From an uncultured delta proteobacterium (GTDB lineage Bacteria; Myxococcota_A; Polyangia; Haliangiales; Haliangiaceae): DNA of 64,000 nucleotides. The notes beneath the pieces are model-generated. The model did not search any database. It was given only the letters and a program-made list of their open reading frames with translations, and was not told where the DNA came from. Shown here in pieces: positions 20,953-30,906 of the stretch; within the stretch, counting starts at the first letter, position 1; the number at the start of each line of letters is the position of its first letter. Location: NCBI GenBank assembly GCA_963848295.1, contig CAWKDB010000010.1, positions 2,272,001 to 2,336,000 of the forward strand. The letters are read 5' to 3'. The translations under genes and the position numbers were made by a program.

Positions 20953-21651
20953 CTACGGGCTCGCGTCGTCATCGGCAGCGGGCCGGGCACGGACCTTACC
21001 CGCGCGACCGCGCAAGCGAAACAAGCATTGGCGCGCGCGCGTGATCGATTCACTCGCGGTCTCGTCGCCTCGCACGTCGTGCATCGGCCGGGTCTCGAGC
21101 CGGTCGATCGCGACGCCCATCGAGTCGACACACGCCAGCGTCCGGCAAGCGCACGCACGGCCGTGGAGCTCTGCGGCGATCGTTTGCCAGTCCGCGAGAT
21201 CGAACCGCAGCGCCGCGTCGAGCGGAGGATCCGCCGAATCGGACTCGGGGTCGAAGCTCCACGCCGGTTCGTCGAGGCGCGGCGGGCATAGCTGGCCGTC
21301 GCGCTCGCACGCTTCGAGCATCGCGATGAACTGGCGGCGCACGGCGAGATCCGCGGTCGCGGCGCGGACCTCGTCGTCGATCGTTTGCGCGACCACGTGG
21401 TCGAGTTGTGCGTCGAGGTTCACTTGCATCTGCGCGATCTTGGTCTCGAGCGCCGCCTCGACACCGCGCTCGGCGATCAACGCGCGCTCGAGCTCCGGCT
21501 TGCCGTAGCTCGGCTGATAGTCGTCGGGCGTGGCGAGCACGGTCGCGGGCAGCGGAGCCGGCAGCGGAGTCACCGGCGGCATGGTCGCGACGTGGGGGCC
21601 GCAACCGGTCACGACAGCGATGAATACGGCGGCGAGCCGGGCGTCTCTCAC
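20953..21651 (-). CDS. Hypothetical lipoprotein (Cys-containing)
   Basis: Lipobox VVTGC; RACACRTLACVD motif. Confidence 0.7.
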   Translation of the reverse strand: MRDARLAAVFIAVVTGCGPHVATMPPVTPLPAPLPATVLATPDDYQPSYGKPELERALIAERGVEAALETKIAQMQVNLDAQLDHVVAQTIDDEVRAATADLAVRRQFIAMLEACERDGQLCPPRLDEPAWSFDPESDSADPPLDAALRFDLADWQTIAAELHGRACACRTLACVDSMGVAIDRLETRPMHDVRGDETASESITRARQCLFRLRGRAGKVRARPAADDDASP

Positions 21652-21693
21652 GTAGATAGAGTAACCGCCGCGTCGGCGTGCTACCACCTCGCC

Positions 21694-22497
21694 ATGAGCC
21701 GCATCGCGTTCCTAATCGCGTGTACAGGTCTGAACCTGCTCGGCGCGCCGAGCTTTGCCTCGCCGACCGCAACCGCGGCGCCGGCAGCTCCCGCCGCATC
21801 CGCCGCCCCGCTGTCCGCCGAAACCGCCGTCGACAACGTTCAGAAGTTCTACGCCGGCATCCAGCAGGTGACCGCACAGTTCCGGCAGTACGTCACGAAC
21901 TCGACGTTCGGCACCACGAAGCAGAGCAACGGCAGGGTCTGGCTCGTCAAGCCCGGCAAGATGCGGTTCGACTACTACGAGAAGACCGGCGGCAAGGTGT
22001 TGGCCAAGAAGAGCTTCATCTCGAACGGGACGACGCTCTACATGGTCGAGCACGACAACAAGCAGGTGGTCCAGAAGAACCTGCAGGCCGACCTGATGCC
22101 GGTCGCGCTCAGCTTCTTGTTCGGCAAGGGCGACCTCAAGCAAGACTTCAATACCCAGCTCGACCCGACGCTGGATGCGAAGTTGAACCTCGCCGGCACC
22201 CCCGACGTCGTGATCGGCCTGACGCCCAAGCAACCGTCCGCGCAGTACAAGATGCTCGTGCTCGTCGTCAACAGGACCGACTTTCACGTCAAGCAGTCGA
22301 TCATCATCGACTCGTCGGGCAACATCAATCAGTTCGAGTTCTTCGCGCCGGACTTCAAGACGCCGATCCCGGCTCGGTTGTTCGAGTTCGATCCGAAGAG
22401 CGTGCCCGCGTACCGCATGATCAACGCGAACCAACCGGCCGGTGCCCCCGCGGGCTCGGCGGCGGGCCCCGCTCCGGCTCCGCCCGCGACGAAGTAG
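21694..22497 (+). CDS. lolA: Outer-membrane lipoprotein carrier protein LolA
   Basis: Signal peptide; AQFRQ, GRVWLVKPGKMRFDY, ISNG; near ftsK. Confidence 0.85.
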   Translation: MSRIAFLIACTGLNLLGAPSFASPTATAAPAAPAASAAPLSAETAVDNVQKFYAGIQQVTAQFRQYVTNSTFGTTKQSNGRVWLVKPGKMRFDYYEKTGGKVLAKKSFISNGTTLYMVEHDNKQVVQKNLQADLMPVALSFLFGKGDLKQDFNTQLDPTLDAKLNLAGTPDVVIGLTPKQPSAQYKMLVLVVNRTDFHVKQSIIIDSSGNINQFEFFAPDFKTPIPARLFEFDPKSVPAYRMINANQPAGAPAGSAAGPAPAPPATK

Positions 22498-22531
22498 CGC
22501 GCCCCCGACCAAGCCGTGCGATGATCTGCCG

Positions 22532-23752
22532 ATGGCCGAGCGGCCGCTGCTGATCTTCGTCAGCGACATCCACCTGACCGATCGGCTGCACGGCAACGCG
22601 GTCAGCAAAGCCGATCAGTTCAAGCGGTTCTGGGACCGGATCAGCGCCGTGCGCGGCAAGCGACCCGCCGAGCTGTGCGTCGTCGGAGATCTATTCGATC
22701 TCGTGCGCTCGCCGTCGTGGTTCGAGGGCCGGCATCGCCCTTATCACGGAGCGCACACGAACGGCGTGGTCAAGAACGTCGAGCAGATCGTCGACGAGAC
22801 GATCCGCCGCGAACAGGGCTTCTTCGATGCGATCAAGGCCAAGCTCGCGACCGGCGAGCTCGTGTTCCATTACGTGGTCGGCAATCACGATCGCTTGCTG
22901 ATGACCGCTCCTGCCGCGCAACAACGCATCGCCACCGCGCTCGGCCTGCCGAAGCTCGTGCTCCACCGCGAGCTCGAGTTTCGCGATCACGGGGTGCTCG
23001 CGTATCACGGCAACGTCGGCGATCCGATCAACGCGAGCCCCGACGGCGACGCGACGATCGGCGACGCGATCGGCTCCGAGCTGATCCTGCGGTTCCCGCG
23101 CAAGCTGCGCACGCTGGTCGGCGACGATCATCCGGGCATCGATGACATCGACGACATCGACGACGTTCGCCCGGTCTACGCCGTGCCGGCATGGGTGCGG
23201 CAACAGAGCGCGATCCGGCCCGAGCTCCACAAGCCGATCCGCAGCGTGTGGAGCGAAGGCGTCGATGAATTCTTGCAGAACGAGTTCGTGCGCGACTGGC
23301 TCGGCCGGCAGCGCAAGACATTCTCGCTCGATCTCGGCCGCAAGCTGCACCTGCTGCTCGAGCTGTCCCGCAACAAGGTGATCGCGCACGGTTCCGACGA
23401 GCGGTTGACCCAGCTCTACAAGTTCTTCCAGCACAGCTTCGACGGCAAGATGCAGGAGCTCGCCGCGACCGAGCTCGGCCGGCGCCGAGGCCTGCGCTAC
23501 GTCGTCAACGGTCACTCGCACTTTCCGTCGATGCAGCCGCTCGGTCGGATCGATGGCGAGCCGGCGGTCTACTTCAACACCGGCACGTGGCGCGCGGTGC
23601 ATCAGATCGGCCACGACCTCGGCGGTCGCCCGAGCTTCTTGCCATACGACGCGATGAGCTACCTGGTGTTCTTTCCGACCGATGACAAGCTCGGCCGCGA
23701 CTACGAGTGGTGGACCGGCGCGATGGTCGCGCGCGCGCACTCGATCGGCTAA
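22532..23752 (+). CDS. Metallophosphoesterase family protein
   Basis: VSDIHL, VGDLFD, GNHD, HG, GHSH, NTGTW. Confidence 0.85.
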   Translation: MAERPLLIFVSDIHLTDRLHGNAVSKADQFKRFWDRISAVRGKRPAELCVVGDLFDLVRSPSWFEGRHRPYHGAHTNGVVKNVEQIVDETIRREQGFFDAIKAKLATGELVFHYVVGNHDRLLMTAPAAQQRIATALGLPKLVLHRELEFRDHGVLAYHGNVGDPINASPDGDATIGDAIGSELILRFPRKLRTLVGDDHPGIDDIDDIDDVRPVYAVPAWVRQQSAIRPELHKPIRSVWSEGVDEFLQNEFVRDWLGRQRKTFSLDLGRKLHLLLELSRNKVIAHGSDERLTQLYKFFQHSFDGKMQELAATELGRRRGLRYVVNGHSHFPSMQPLGRIDGEPAVYFNTGTWRAVHQIGHDLGGRPSFLPYDAMSYLVFFPTDDKLGRDYEWWTGAMVARAHSIG

Positions 23753-23762
23753 GGTGCGCGCG

Positions 23763-25409
23763 ATGGCGCTGTCCCCGCTCCGTTCGCACCCGCGCCAGGT
23801 CGCACCGAAGGGGCCGGTCGTGCTCGTCGTGATGGACGGCGTGGGCCGGGGTGCCGGCGACGAAGCCGATGCGGTCGCGATCGCGGCGACCCCGACGCTC
23901 GATCGCTTGTGGGTTCCGGGCGTCCGCGCGGAGCTACGCGCGCACGGCAAGTCGGTCGGCCTGCCGAGCGACGACGACATGGGCAACAGTGAAGTCGGCC
24001 ACAACGCGCTCGGCGCCGGCAAGGTCTACGACCAGGGCAGCAAGCTCGTCGGTCGCGCGATCGCATCTGGCGCGCTGTTCGAGGGCGTGACGTGGCGCGA
24101 GATCGTCGAGCGTGGCGCGCGGGGCGGAGCGCTGCACTTCCTCGGCCTGTTGTCCGATGGCAACGTGCATTCGCATCTCGATCATCTCGAGGCGTTGCTC
24201 GGCGCGGCGGCGAAGGCCGGCTGCAAGCAGCTGTTCGTTCACGCGCTGCTCGACGGCCGCGACGTGCCGCCGTATTCGGCGCTGGAATATGTCGACCGCA
24301 TCGAGCGGTTCCTCGCGAGCTTGCGCACCTCGGGCATCGACGCCCGGATCGTGTCGGGCGGCGGACGCATGACGATCACGATGGACCGCTACGAAGCCGA
24401 CTGGGCGATGGTCGAGCGCGGCTGGCACACGCACGTGCTCGCCGACGCCCGGCCGTTCGCCTCCGCGACGCAAGCGGTCGAGACGTTACGCGCCGAGCAC
24501 CCGGGCGTGATCGACCAGGACCTGCCCGCGTTCGTCATCGAGCCTCGCGCGCCGATGCGCGACGGCGACGCATGCGTGCTGTTCAACTTCCGCGGCGATC
24601 GCGCGATCGAGATCTCGCGCGCGTTCGACGACCGAGAGCTCGATAAGTTCGATCGCGTGCGCACGCCCGACGTGCTCTACGCCGGGATGATGGAGTACGA
24701 CGGCGATCTTCACGTTCCGCGCCACTACTTGGTCACGCCGCCGCAGATCGAACGACCGATGGGCGAGCTGCTCGCGGCGTCGCACATCAGCCAGCTCGCG
24801 ATCTCGGAGACCCAGAAGTACGGCCATGTCACTTACTTCTGGAACGGCAACCGCAGCGGGAAGTTCGACGAACACAGCGAGACGTACATCGAGATCCCGA
24901 GCGACCGCGTGCCGTTCGATCAACGCCCATGGATGAAGGCGGCCGAGATCACCGATCGGTTGATCGCCGAGCTGCGCTCGGGCAAGCACCGGTTCGCGCG
25001 GGTCAACTACGCCAACGGCGACATGGTCGGCCACACCGGCTCGTTCGACGCGACCGTCGTGGCGGTCGAGACGGTCGATCTCCAGCTCGCTCGGCTCGCG
25101 ATCGCTATCGAAGAATTGCAAGGAATTCTGGTGGTTACTGCCGACCACGGCAACGCGGACGAGATGTATCAGCGAGACAAGCGCGGCCGCGTGATCCGCG
25201 ATAAGCAAGGCGTGCCGGTCGCGAAGACCAGCCACACGTTGTCACCCGTGCCATTCTTGATCCACGATCCCATGCGCGGCGACCGCTACGATATCGATCC
25301 CGCTCGTGCTGCGAACGCTGGAATCGCGCACGTCACCGCGAGCTGTCTCGAGCTACTCGGCCTGACTCCTCCCGATGATCTTGAGCCTTCGTTGTTGAGG
25401 TTTCGATGA
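23763..25409 (+). CDS. gpmI: 2,3-bisphosphoglycerate-independent phosphoglycerate mutase
   Basis: MGNSEVGH, LSDGNVHSH, LDGRDV, FNFRGDR, SETQKYGHVT, NGDMVGHTG, TADHGNA. Confidence 0.97.
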   Translation: MALSPLRSHPRQVAPKGPVVLVVMDGVGRGAGDEADAVAIAATPTLDRLWVPGVRAELRAHGKSVGLPSDDDMGNSEVGHNALGAGKVYDQGSKLVGRAIASGALFEGVTWREIVERGARGGALHFLGLLSDGNVHSHLDHLEALLGAAAKAGCKQLFVHALLDGRDVPPYSALEYVDRIERFLASLRTSGIDARIVSGGGRMTITMDRYEADWAMVERGWHTHVLADARPFASATQAVETLRAEHPGVIDQDLPAFVIEPRAPMRDGDACVLFNFRGDRAIEISRAFDDRELDKFDRVRTPDVLYAGMMEYDGDLHVPRHYLVTPPQIERPMGELLAASHISQLAISETQKYGHVTYFWNGNRSGKFDEHSETYIEIPSDRVPFDQRPWMKAAEITDRLIAELRSGKHRFARVNYANGDMVGHTGSFDATVVAVETVDLQLARLAIAIEELQGILVVTADHGNADEMYQRDKRGRVIRDKQGVPVAKTSHTLSPVPFLIHDPMRGDRYDIDPARAANAGIAHVTASCLELLGLTPPDDLEPSLLRFR

Positions 25410-25963
25410 GCACCAAAGCGTTGCTTAGCATCCTGCTCGCGGGCGCCGCCGGCGTCGTCTTCTTCCTCTACGTCCACATGTCGCCGGGCGGCGGCAAGAT
25501 CGAGGTCGGGACGAGCAAGGCCGCCGCGTGTGATCGCAACTCGGGCGACTGCCTGCCCGACGTCACGTATATCGACACGAGCGGCAAGAAGTACGACCTC
25601 GCCGCGCTCGCCGGCAAGGTCGTCGTCGTCAACTTCTGGGCGACGTGGTGCGGCCCGTGCAAGATGGAGATTCCGGATCTGTCGAGAGTCTACGATCACT
25701 ACAAAGATCGCGGCGTCGTGTTCCTCGGTGTGCTGACCGACCAGGCCGGCGATCAGGAGCTGCTCAACTTCGCGAGCGATCACGAGATGACCTATCCGAT
25801 CGTGCGCGCGAGCTCCGATATCATCACCGCGTTCCACTATCCTCAGGCGCTGCCGACGACGTTCGTGTTCAGCCGCGGCGGCAAGCAAGTGTTCAGCCAC
25901 GTCGGCGCGATCAGCGAGGGCGCGTTGTCGGGGCTGCTCGACGAGTACGTCGCCGAGAAGTAA
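25406..25963 (+). CDS. TlpA/ResA-like thiol-disulfide oxidoreductase
   Basis: NFWATWCGPC, LPTTF, N-terminal membrane anchor. Confidence 0.92.
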   Translation: MSTKALLSILLAGAAGVVFFLYVHMSPGGGKIEVGTSKAAACDRNSGDCLPDVTYIDTSGKKYDLAALAGKVVVVNFWATWCGPCKMEIPDLSRVYDHYKDRGVVFLGVLTDQAGDQELLNFASDHEMTYPIVRASSDIITAFHYPQALPTTFVFSRGGKQVFSHVGAISEGALSGLLDEYVAEK

Positions 25964-26008
25964 GCGCACCTCTATCGCAGCATCGCGCCTCGCGGCGGCG
26001 CGCGCTCG

Positions 26009-26551
26009 CTAGAACGTTCCGCCGACCGCGAGGCCGGCACCGCCGTGGACGACGATCGGCGCGAGCGAGTAGGTCAGCTGACGGTGGTTGTAACGAACGA
26101 CCGAGTCCCCGGCGTCGGCGACGTCCCAGGCCGTGCCACCGATGTACGCGATCGCCGCGATGCCGAGCAACGCGAGCCCGGTGCCTTCGAGTGACTTGCA
26201 GTCGTGCGTCGGATCGAGATCGCACGGCGCGGTCTTCTCTTCGGTCGAGACCGCTACCGCTGCCAATGCCGCGGCTCCGACGCGCACGCCCATGCCCCAC
26301 GTCAGCCAGTCGTGCGCGTACCACTGGCCGAGCGAAGGCGTGATCAAGGATGTGCCGAGCCCGATCTCGAGCATCGGCACATTGATATCGTTGTAGTCGT
26401 TCGCGGTGAAGAAGCTCGCCACGATCAACGCCGACGACACACCAGCCCCGACCCCCGACAACGCGATCGCCGTGTTCGGGTTCTTATCTCCGTCGGCGCG
26501 GGCCGTGCTGGATGCAATTCCGAGGGCTGCAATGAGGACAAAAGTCCGCAT
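26009..26551 (-). CDS. Hypothetical exported/membrane protein
   Basis: Signal peptide ..TARAD, KNPNTAIALS, PSLGQWYA, C-terminal GLAVGGTF. Confidence 0.75.
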   Translation of the reverse strand: MRTFVLIAALGIASSTARADGDKNPNTAIALSGVGAGVSSALIVASFFTANDYNDINVPMLEIGLGTSLITPSLGQWYAHDWLTWGMGVRVGAAALAAVAVSTEEKTAPCDLDPTHDCKSLEGTGLALLGIAAIAYIGGTAWDVADAGDSVVRYNHRQLTYSLAPIVVHGGAGLAVGGTF

Positions 26552-26586
26552 GCCCGACGATAGCGCGATGTGCGAGGATGATCGCC

Positions 26587-27840
26587 ATGGGTGATCCGAG
26601 ATGTTTGCTCGGTGTTGCACTCGCGTCGGCTTTGGCCGCGTGTGGCAGCTCACATTCCACGGCAAATCCCGACGGTGCAGCCGGTAGCGACGGACCCGAC
26701 GCCGGGCCGGGCACGCCGTCGTCGTGCGGCAACTTCACCGTCGGTATCAACGCGAGCCTCGGCGGCACCGTGCCGTTCCCGACGAACAACGCGTGGAACC
26801 AAGACATCTCGACCGCGGACGTCGATGCGAATTCGGACGCGATCTTGGCCTACATCGGCAACGACTCGCCGTTCCATCCCGATTTCGACAGCGGCGGCGA
26901 TGGCATCTCGTACGAGATCGTCGATTCGTCCACCACGCCGCTCGTCTCGGTCGCGCTCGACGACGACTCCGAGAGCGACTCGATGCCGATGCCGATCGAC
27001 GCGACCGCGCCGATCGAAGGAGGCGGAGACAGCCACGCGCTCGTCCTCGACAAGGCGACGTGTTGGCTCTACGAGCTGTACAACGCGTCGGTCGACGGCG
27101 CCGGCAAGTGGTCCGCGGCGAACAGCGCGGTATGGGATCTCGAGAACTACAACTCGCGACCCCTGACCTGGACGTCGGCAGACGCCGCGGGCCTACCGAT
27201 CATGCCGGGTCTGGTCCGCTACGACGAGGTCAGCGCCGGCGTGATCGACCACGCGCTGCGCGTCACCGTGCCCGCGACGGTGGCGGCGTTCGTGCCACCC
27301 GCGACGCACTACGCCGGCAACGACACCAGCTCGCCGGTGCCGATGGGCATGCGCCTCCGGCTCAAGGCGTCGGTCGATACGTCGGGCTACTCGGCCGCCG
27401 ACCAGGCGATCACGAACGCGATGAAGAAGTACGGCCTGATCGTCGCCGATAACGGCAGCGCGCTGTACGTCACGGGCACCGGCGACAGCCGCTGGGACGA
27501 CGACGATCTGCACAAGCTGACGGTCCTCCACTTATCCGACTTCGAAGTCTTGAAGCTGCCGACGCTGATCACGAAGGCCAACGTACCGAGCGGCGACATG
27601 CCGGCGATCTCGAGCTTCACCGCGTCGGCGATGACCGCGTCGGCCGGCGCAGCCGTCACGCTGACGTGGAGCGCGACGAATGACTCCTATGACTTCATCA
27701 CGCCTTCCGCCGGTGACGATGCCGGCGTCGCGCGCGCGGGCACCGCGATCGTCCACCCGATGGCGACGACGACGTACACGTTGAGCTCGACGAACGCTTA
27801 CGGCCGCGACACGAAGCAGCTGACCATCACAGTGCCGTAG
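26587..27840 (+). CDS. Uncharacterised secreted lipoprotein with C-terminal Ig-like module
   Basis: Lipobox ALAAC; WTSADAAGLPIMPGLVRYDEV, PMGMRLRLK, KKYGLIVADNG. Confidence 0.8.
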   Translation: MGDPRCLLGVALASALAACGSSHSTANPDGAAGSDGPDAGPGTPSSCGNFTVGINASLGGTVPFPTNNAWNQDISTADVDANSDAILAYIGNDSPFHPDFDSGGDGISYEIVDSSTTPLVSVALDDDSESDSMPMPIDATAPIEGGGDSHALVLDKATCWLYELYNASVDGAGKWSAANSAVWDLENYNSRPLTWTSADAAGLPIMPGLVRYDEVSAGVIDHALRVTVPATVAAFVPPATHYAGNDTSSPVPMGMRLRLKASVDTSGYSAADQAITNAMKKYGLIVADNGSALYVTGTGDSRWDDDDLHKLTVLHLSDFEVLKLPTLITKANVPSGDMPAISSFTASAMTASAGAAVTLTWSATNDSYDFITPSAGDDAGVARAGTAIVHPMATTTYTLSSTNAYGRDTKQLTITVP

Positions 27841-28861
27841 CGATCGTCTCGGACGCGCCGAACAGGCCGTAGATGCCGCCGGTGTGGACGAACGCGACGG
27901 CGGAGCCGAACCGCTTCGGATCCTTGCGCAGCTCGCTGACCACGCCGTAGAACGCCTTACCGGTGTAGACCGGATCGAGCACGATGCCGTCGCTGCGGCA
28001 CACGTCCCGCAGTAGCGCCAGCTCCTCGGGGCGGCTCTTCGCGTAGCCGGCGCCGACGTAGCCGTCGATGATCTCGATGTCGGCCGGCGTCACGCGCGCC
28101 GCGAGCTGCCAGCGCTCTTCGGCGTCGGCACAGATCCGCCCGATCGCGTCGATGAAATACGCGCGGTCATCGCAGACGTTGACGCCGGCGACGCGAATGC
28201 CCCGCGCCGACAGCCCGAGCAGCTTCGCACCGAGCACGAGCCCGGCGCCCGTGCCGCCCGAGCCGCATGCATAGACGATCGTGACCGGATGGTCGGGGTC
28301 AGCGATGCCGATCAGATCGTCGGCGAGCTCGGCCATCGCGCGGATGTAGCCCCAGCCGCCGAGCGGGTTCGAGCCGCCTTCCGGGATCACGTACGGCTTG
28401 CCACCCGCCGCTCGCACGCGATCCGCTTGCTCCGCCATCAAGCGATTGCGATCGCGCCACGCCGGCCGCGAGATCCAGCGCAGGTCGGCGCCGGTCAGTC
28501 GATCGAGCAAGATGTTGCCGGTCGGAGCCGGCGGCCGCGTCGGGTCTTCGGTGCGCAAGATCAGCACGCTGTGCAGGCCGAGCTGGGTCGCGGCGAACGC
28601 GGTCGCGCGCGCGTGGTTCGACTGCTCGCCGCCGCAGGTGATGACGTGGGTCGCCTGTTGCGCGACCGCCTCGGCCATCAAGTATTCAAGCTTGCGCACC
28701 TTGTTGCCGGACAGCTCGCTGCCGGTCTGGTCGTCGCGCTTGACCCAGATCTTCGCGCCGAGGTCCTCGCCGTAGCGCAGCCAGTGGCCGCGGGTCGGCG
28801 TGTTCGCTAGCCGGATCCGCGGTGGCTCGATCTCGAGGAGGCGCTCGGGCAGCGGCGACAT
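27827..28861 (-). CDS. D-cysteine desulfhydrase / ACC deaminase family PLP enzyme
   Basis: VKRDD, GNKVRKLEY, QSNH, PEGGS, CGSGGT, LDPVYTGK, HTGG. Confidence 0.92.
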   Translation of the reverse strand: MSPLPERLLEIEPPRIRLANTPTRGHWLRYGEDLGAKIWVKRDDQTGSELSGNKVRKLEYLMAEAVAQQATHVITCGGEQSNHARATAFAATQLGLHSVLILRTEDPTRPPAPTGNILLDRLTGADLRWISRPAWRDRNRLMAEQADRVRAAGGKPYVIPEGGSNPLGGWGYIRAMAELADDLIGIADPDHPVTIVYACGSGGTGAGLVLGAKLLGLSARGIRVAGVNVCDDRAYFIDAIGRICADAEERWQLAARVTPADIEIIDGYVGAGYAKSRPEELALLRDVCRSDGIVLDPVYTGKAFYGVVSELRKDPKRFGSAVAFVHTGGIYGLFGASETIATAL

Positions 28862-28919
28862 CGGGCCGACAGTATGACGAAAACAATGCCGGCGTCGCGC
28901 CGCGTGTTACATCCGGAAC

Positions 28920-29831
28920 GTGAGGACGTTGCTCGTGTTCGCCGCTCTGGTCGGGGCGATGCCGCACGCCGACGCGAAGCCGAAGAAGCCGCAGCCCGCG
29001 GCCGCCGAGCCCGCCGATCAACCCGGGCAGTACGGCGCCGGCGCACCCGACGACCCGGTGCCGAAGAAGCACAAGCACCACCGGGGCTGGCCCTCGCCCG
29101 CCGCGGGTCCGTCGAAGTCGGGCGACCCCGAGCTGATCTTCACGTTCGACGATGGGCCGAACCCGAGGACCACGCCCGACGTGCTCGAGACGCTCGCGAA
29201 GCACGACATCCACGCGACGTTCTTCATGGTCGGCGAGATGGCCGCCAGCAGGAACAAGAAGATCCCGGAGATCGTCGCGCGCATGGAGCAGGACGGTCAT
29301 GTCATCGGCAGCCACACGATGACGCACCAAGACCTGTGCCGCGCGAAGCTGTCGGACGCCAGGGCCAACGCCGAGATCGACGACGGCATCGCCGCGATCC
29401 ACAAGGCGACCGGCGTGCTGCTGCCGTGGTTTCGCACCCCGTATGGCGTGCGCTGCGATCGCGTCGACGCGATGCTCGCCGCGCGCCACCTCCACCACTT
29501 CCACTGGGATCTCGATCCGCAGGAATGGAAGCACAACGACCCCGAGAAGGCATACGCCTACGTCACCAAGCAGCTCGCGAAGATGACCGGCCGCAACGTG
29601 CTGCTGATGCACGACATCAAGACCGCGACGGTCAAGGCGCTGCCGCGCATCCTCGATTGGATCGAGGCCGAGAACGCGCGCCGCAAGCTCGCGCACGAGC
29701 GGCCGATCCGGATCATCGCGGGCTACGAGCTCGCGGCCGAGCAACTACCGCCCGGACTCGTCGATGCGCTGTCGCAAGCCGCCGCGGATATCGGCGAGCT
29801 GCCGGCAGCGCTCGCGTCCGCGTTGCCGTAG
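28920..29831 (+). CDS. Polysaccharide deacetylase (CE4/NodB domain), exported
   Basis: FTFDDGP, ATFF, GSHTMTH, FRTPYG, LLMHD; signal peptide. Confidence 0.92.
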   Translation: MRTLLVFAALVGAMPHADAKPKKPQPAAAEPADQPGQYGAGAPDDPVPKKHKHHRGWPSPAAGPSKSGDPELIFTFDDGPNPRTTPDVLETLAKHDIHATFFMVGEMAASRNKKIPEIVARMEQDGHVIGSHTMTHQDLCRAKLSDARANAEIDDGIAAIHKATGVLLPWFRTPYGVRCDRVDAMLAARHLHHFHWDLDPQEWKHNDPEKAYAYVTKQLAKMTGRNVLLMHDIKTATVKALPRILDWIEAENARRKLAHERPIRIIAGYELAAEQLPPGLVDALSQAAADIGELPAALASALP

Positions 29832-29880
29832 CCCCCGATCGCGGGGTCCCGGCCATGGTAGGGTCTGCGACGGCAGACTC

Positions 29881-30906
29881 ATGTTTCGGATTCGCCAATC
29901 GTATCGGGAGGATGTCGACCAAGTGCTCGCGGTGGCCGAGCACCTCGATACGGTCAACCTGCCCGCCGATCGCCCACACATCGTCGGCATTCTCGATCGC
30001 TCCGAACGCTCGTTCGCGGCCGAGCTGCCGACCGCGGAGCGCGAGTTCGTGTTCGTGCTCGAAGACCTGGCGAAGAAGAAGATCATCGGCACGTCGATGA
30101 TCTACGCGCAACACGGCACGAAGCGCGCGCCGCACATCTTCTTCCGCGTCGAGAACGACGAGCGCTACTCGGTCACGCTCGATCGCTACTTCGTCCATCA
30201 GACGCTACGCATCGGCTACAACTACGACGGTCCGACCGAGATCGGCGGCCTGATCCTGCTGCCGGAGTATCGGCGCAACGTCGAGGCGCTCGGCAAGGGT
30301 CTGTCGTACGTGCGGTTCCTGTTCATCGCGATGCATCGCACGCTGTTCCGCGACGACGTGCTGTCCGAGCTCCTGCCGCCGCTCGAGACCGACGGCACGT
30401 CGAAGCTGTGGGAGGCGCTCGGCCGCCGGTTCACCGGCCTCAGCTATCAAGAGGCCGACCTGCTGTCGAAGGACAACAAGGAGTTCATCCACGCGCTGTT
30501 TCCCGACGATCCGATTCACACCGAGCTGTTGCCCGACGGCGTGCGCTCGGTGATCGGCCAGGTCGGGCCCGAAACGAAAGCGGTCGAGGCGATGCTGCGC
30601 AGGATCGGCTTCGACTACGCCAATCAGATCGATCCGTTCGACGGCGGCCCGCATTTCTCGGCGAAGACCGCCGATATCTCGCTGATCAACAACGCGCGCC
30701 AAGTTCCGGTCCGCGTCGTCGGCGATGCCGATGGCGAGCGCCCGTGGGCGATCATGGCGACCGAGACCGCCGGCGCACGTCCCGGGTTTCGCGCGATCGG
30801 CACGCGGGTGATTCCACTCGACGAAGGGTTCGTCGGCATCACCGTGGATGTCAGCAAGCGCCTCGCGGTCGAGGACGGCCAGACGGTATGGCTGAGCTAC
30901 GGATGA
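29881..30906 (+). CDS. astA: Arginine N-succinyltransferase family
   Basis: FVFVLED, IIGTS, TEIGGLIL, LSYVRFLF, WEALGRRF, IDPFDGGPH. Confidence 0.85.
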   Translation: MFRIRQSYREDVDQVLAVAEHLDTVNLPADRPHIVGILDRSERSFAAELPTAEREFVFVLEDLAKKKIIGTSMIYAQHGTKRAPHIFFRVENDERYSVTLDRYFVHQTLRIGYNYDGPTEIGGLILLPEYRRNVEALGKGLSYVRFLFIAMHRTLFRDDVLSELLPPLETDGTSKLWEALGRRFTGLSYQEADLLSKDNKEFIHALFPDDPIHTELLPDGVRSVIGQVGPETKAVEAMLRRIGFDYANQIDPFDGGPHFSAKTADISLINNARQVPVRVVGDADGERPWAIMATETAGARPGFRAIGTRVIPLDEGFVGITVDVSKRLAVEDGQTVWLSYG

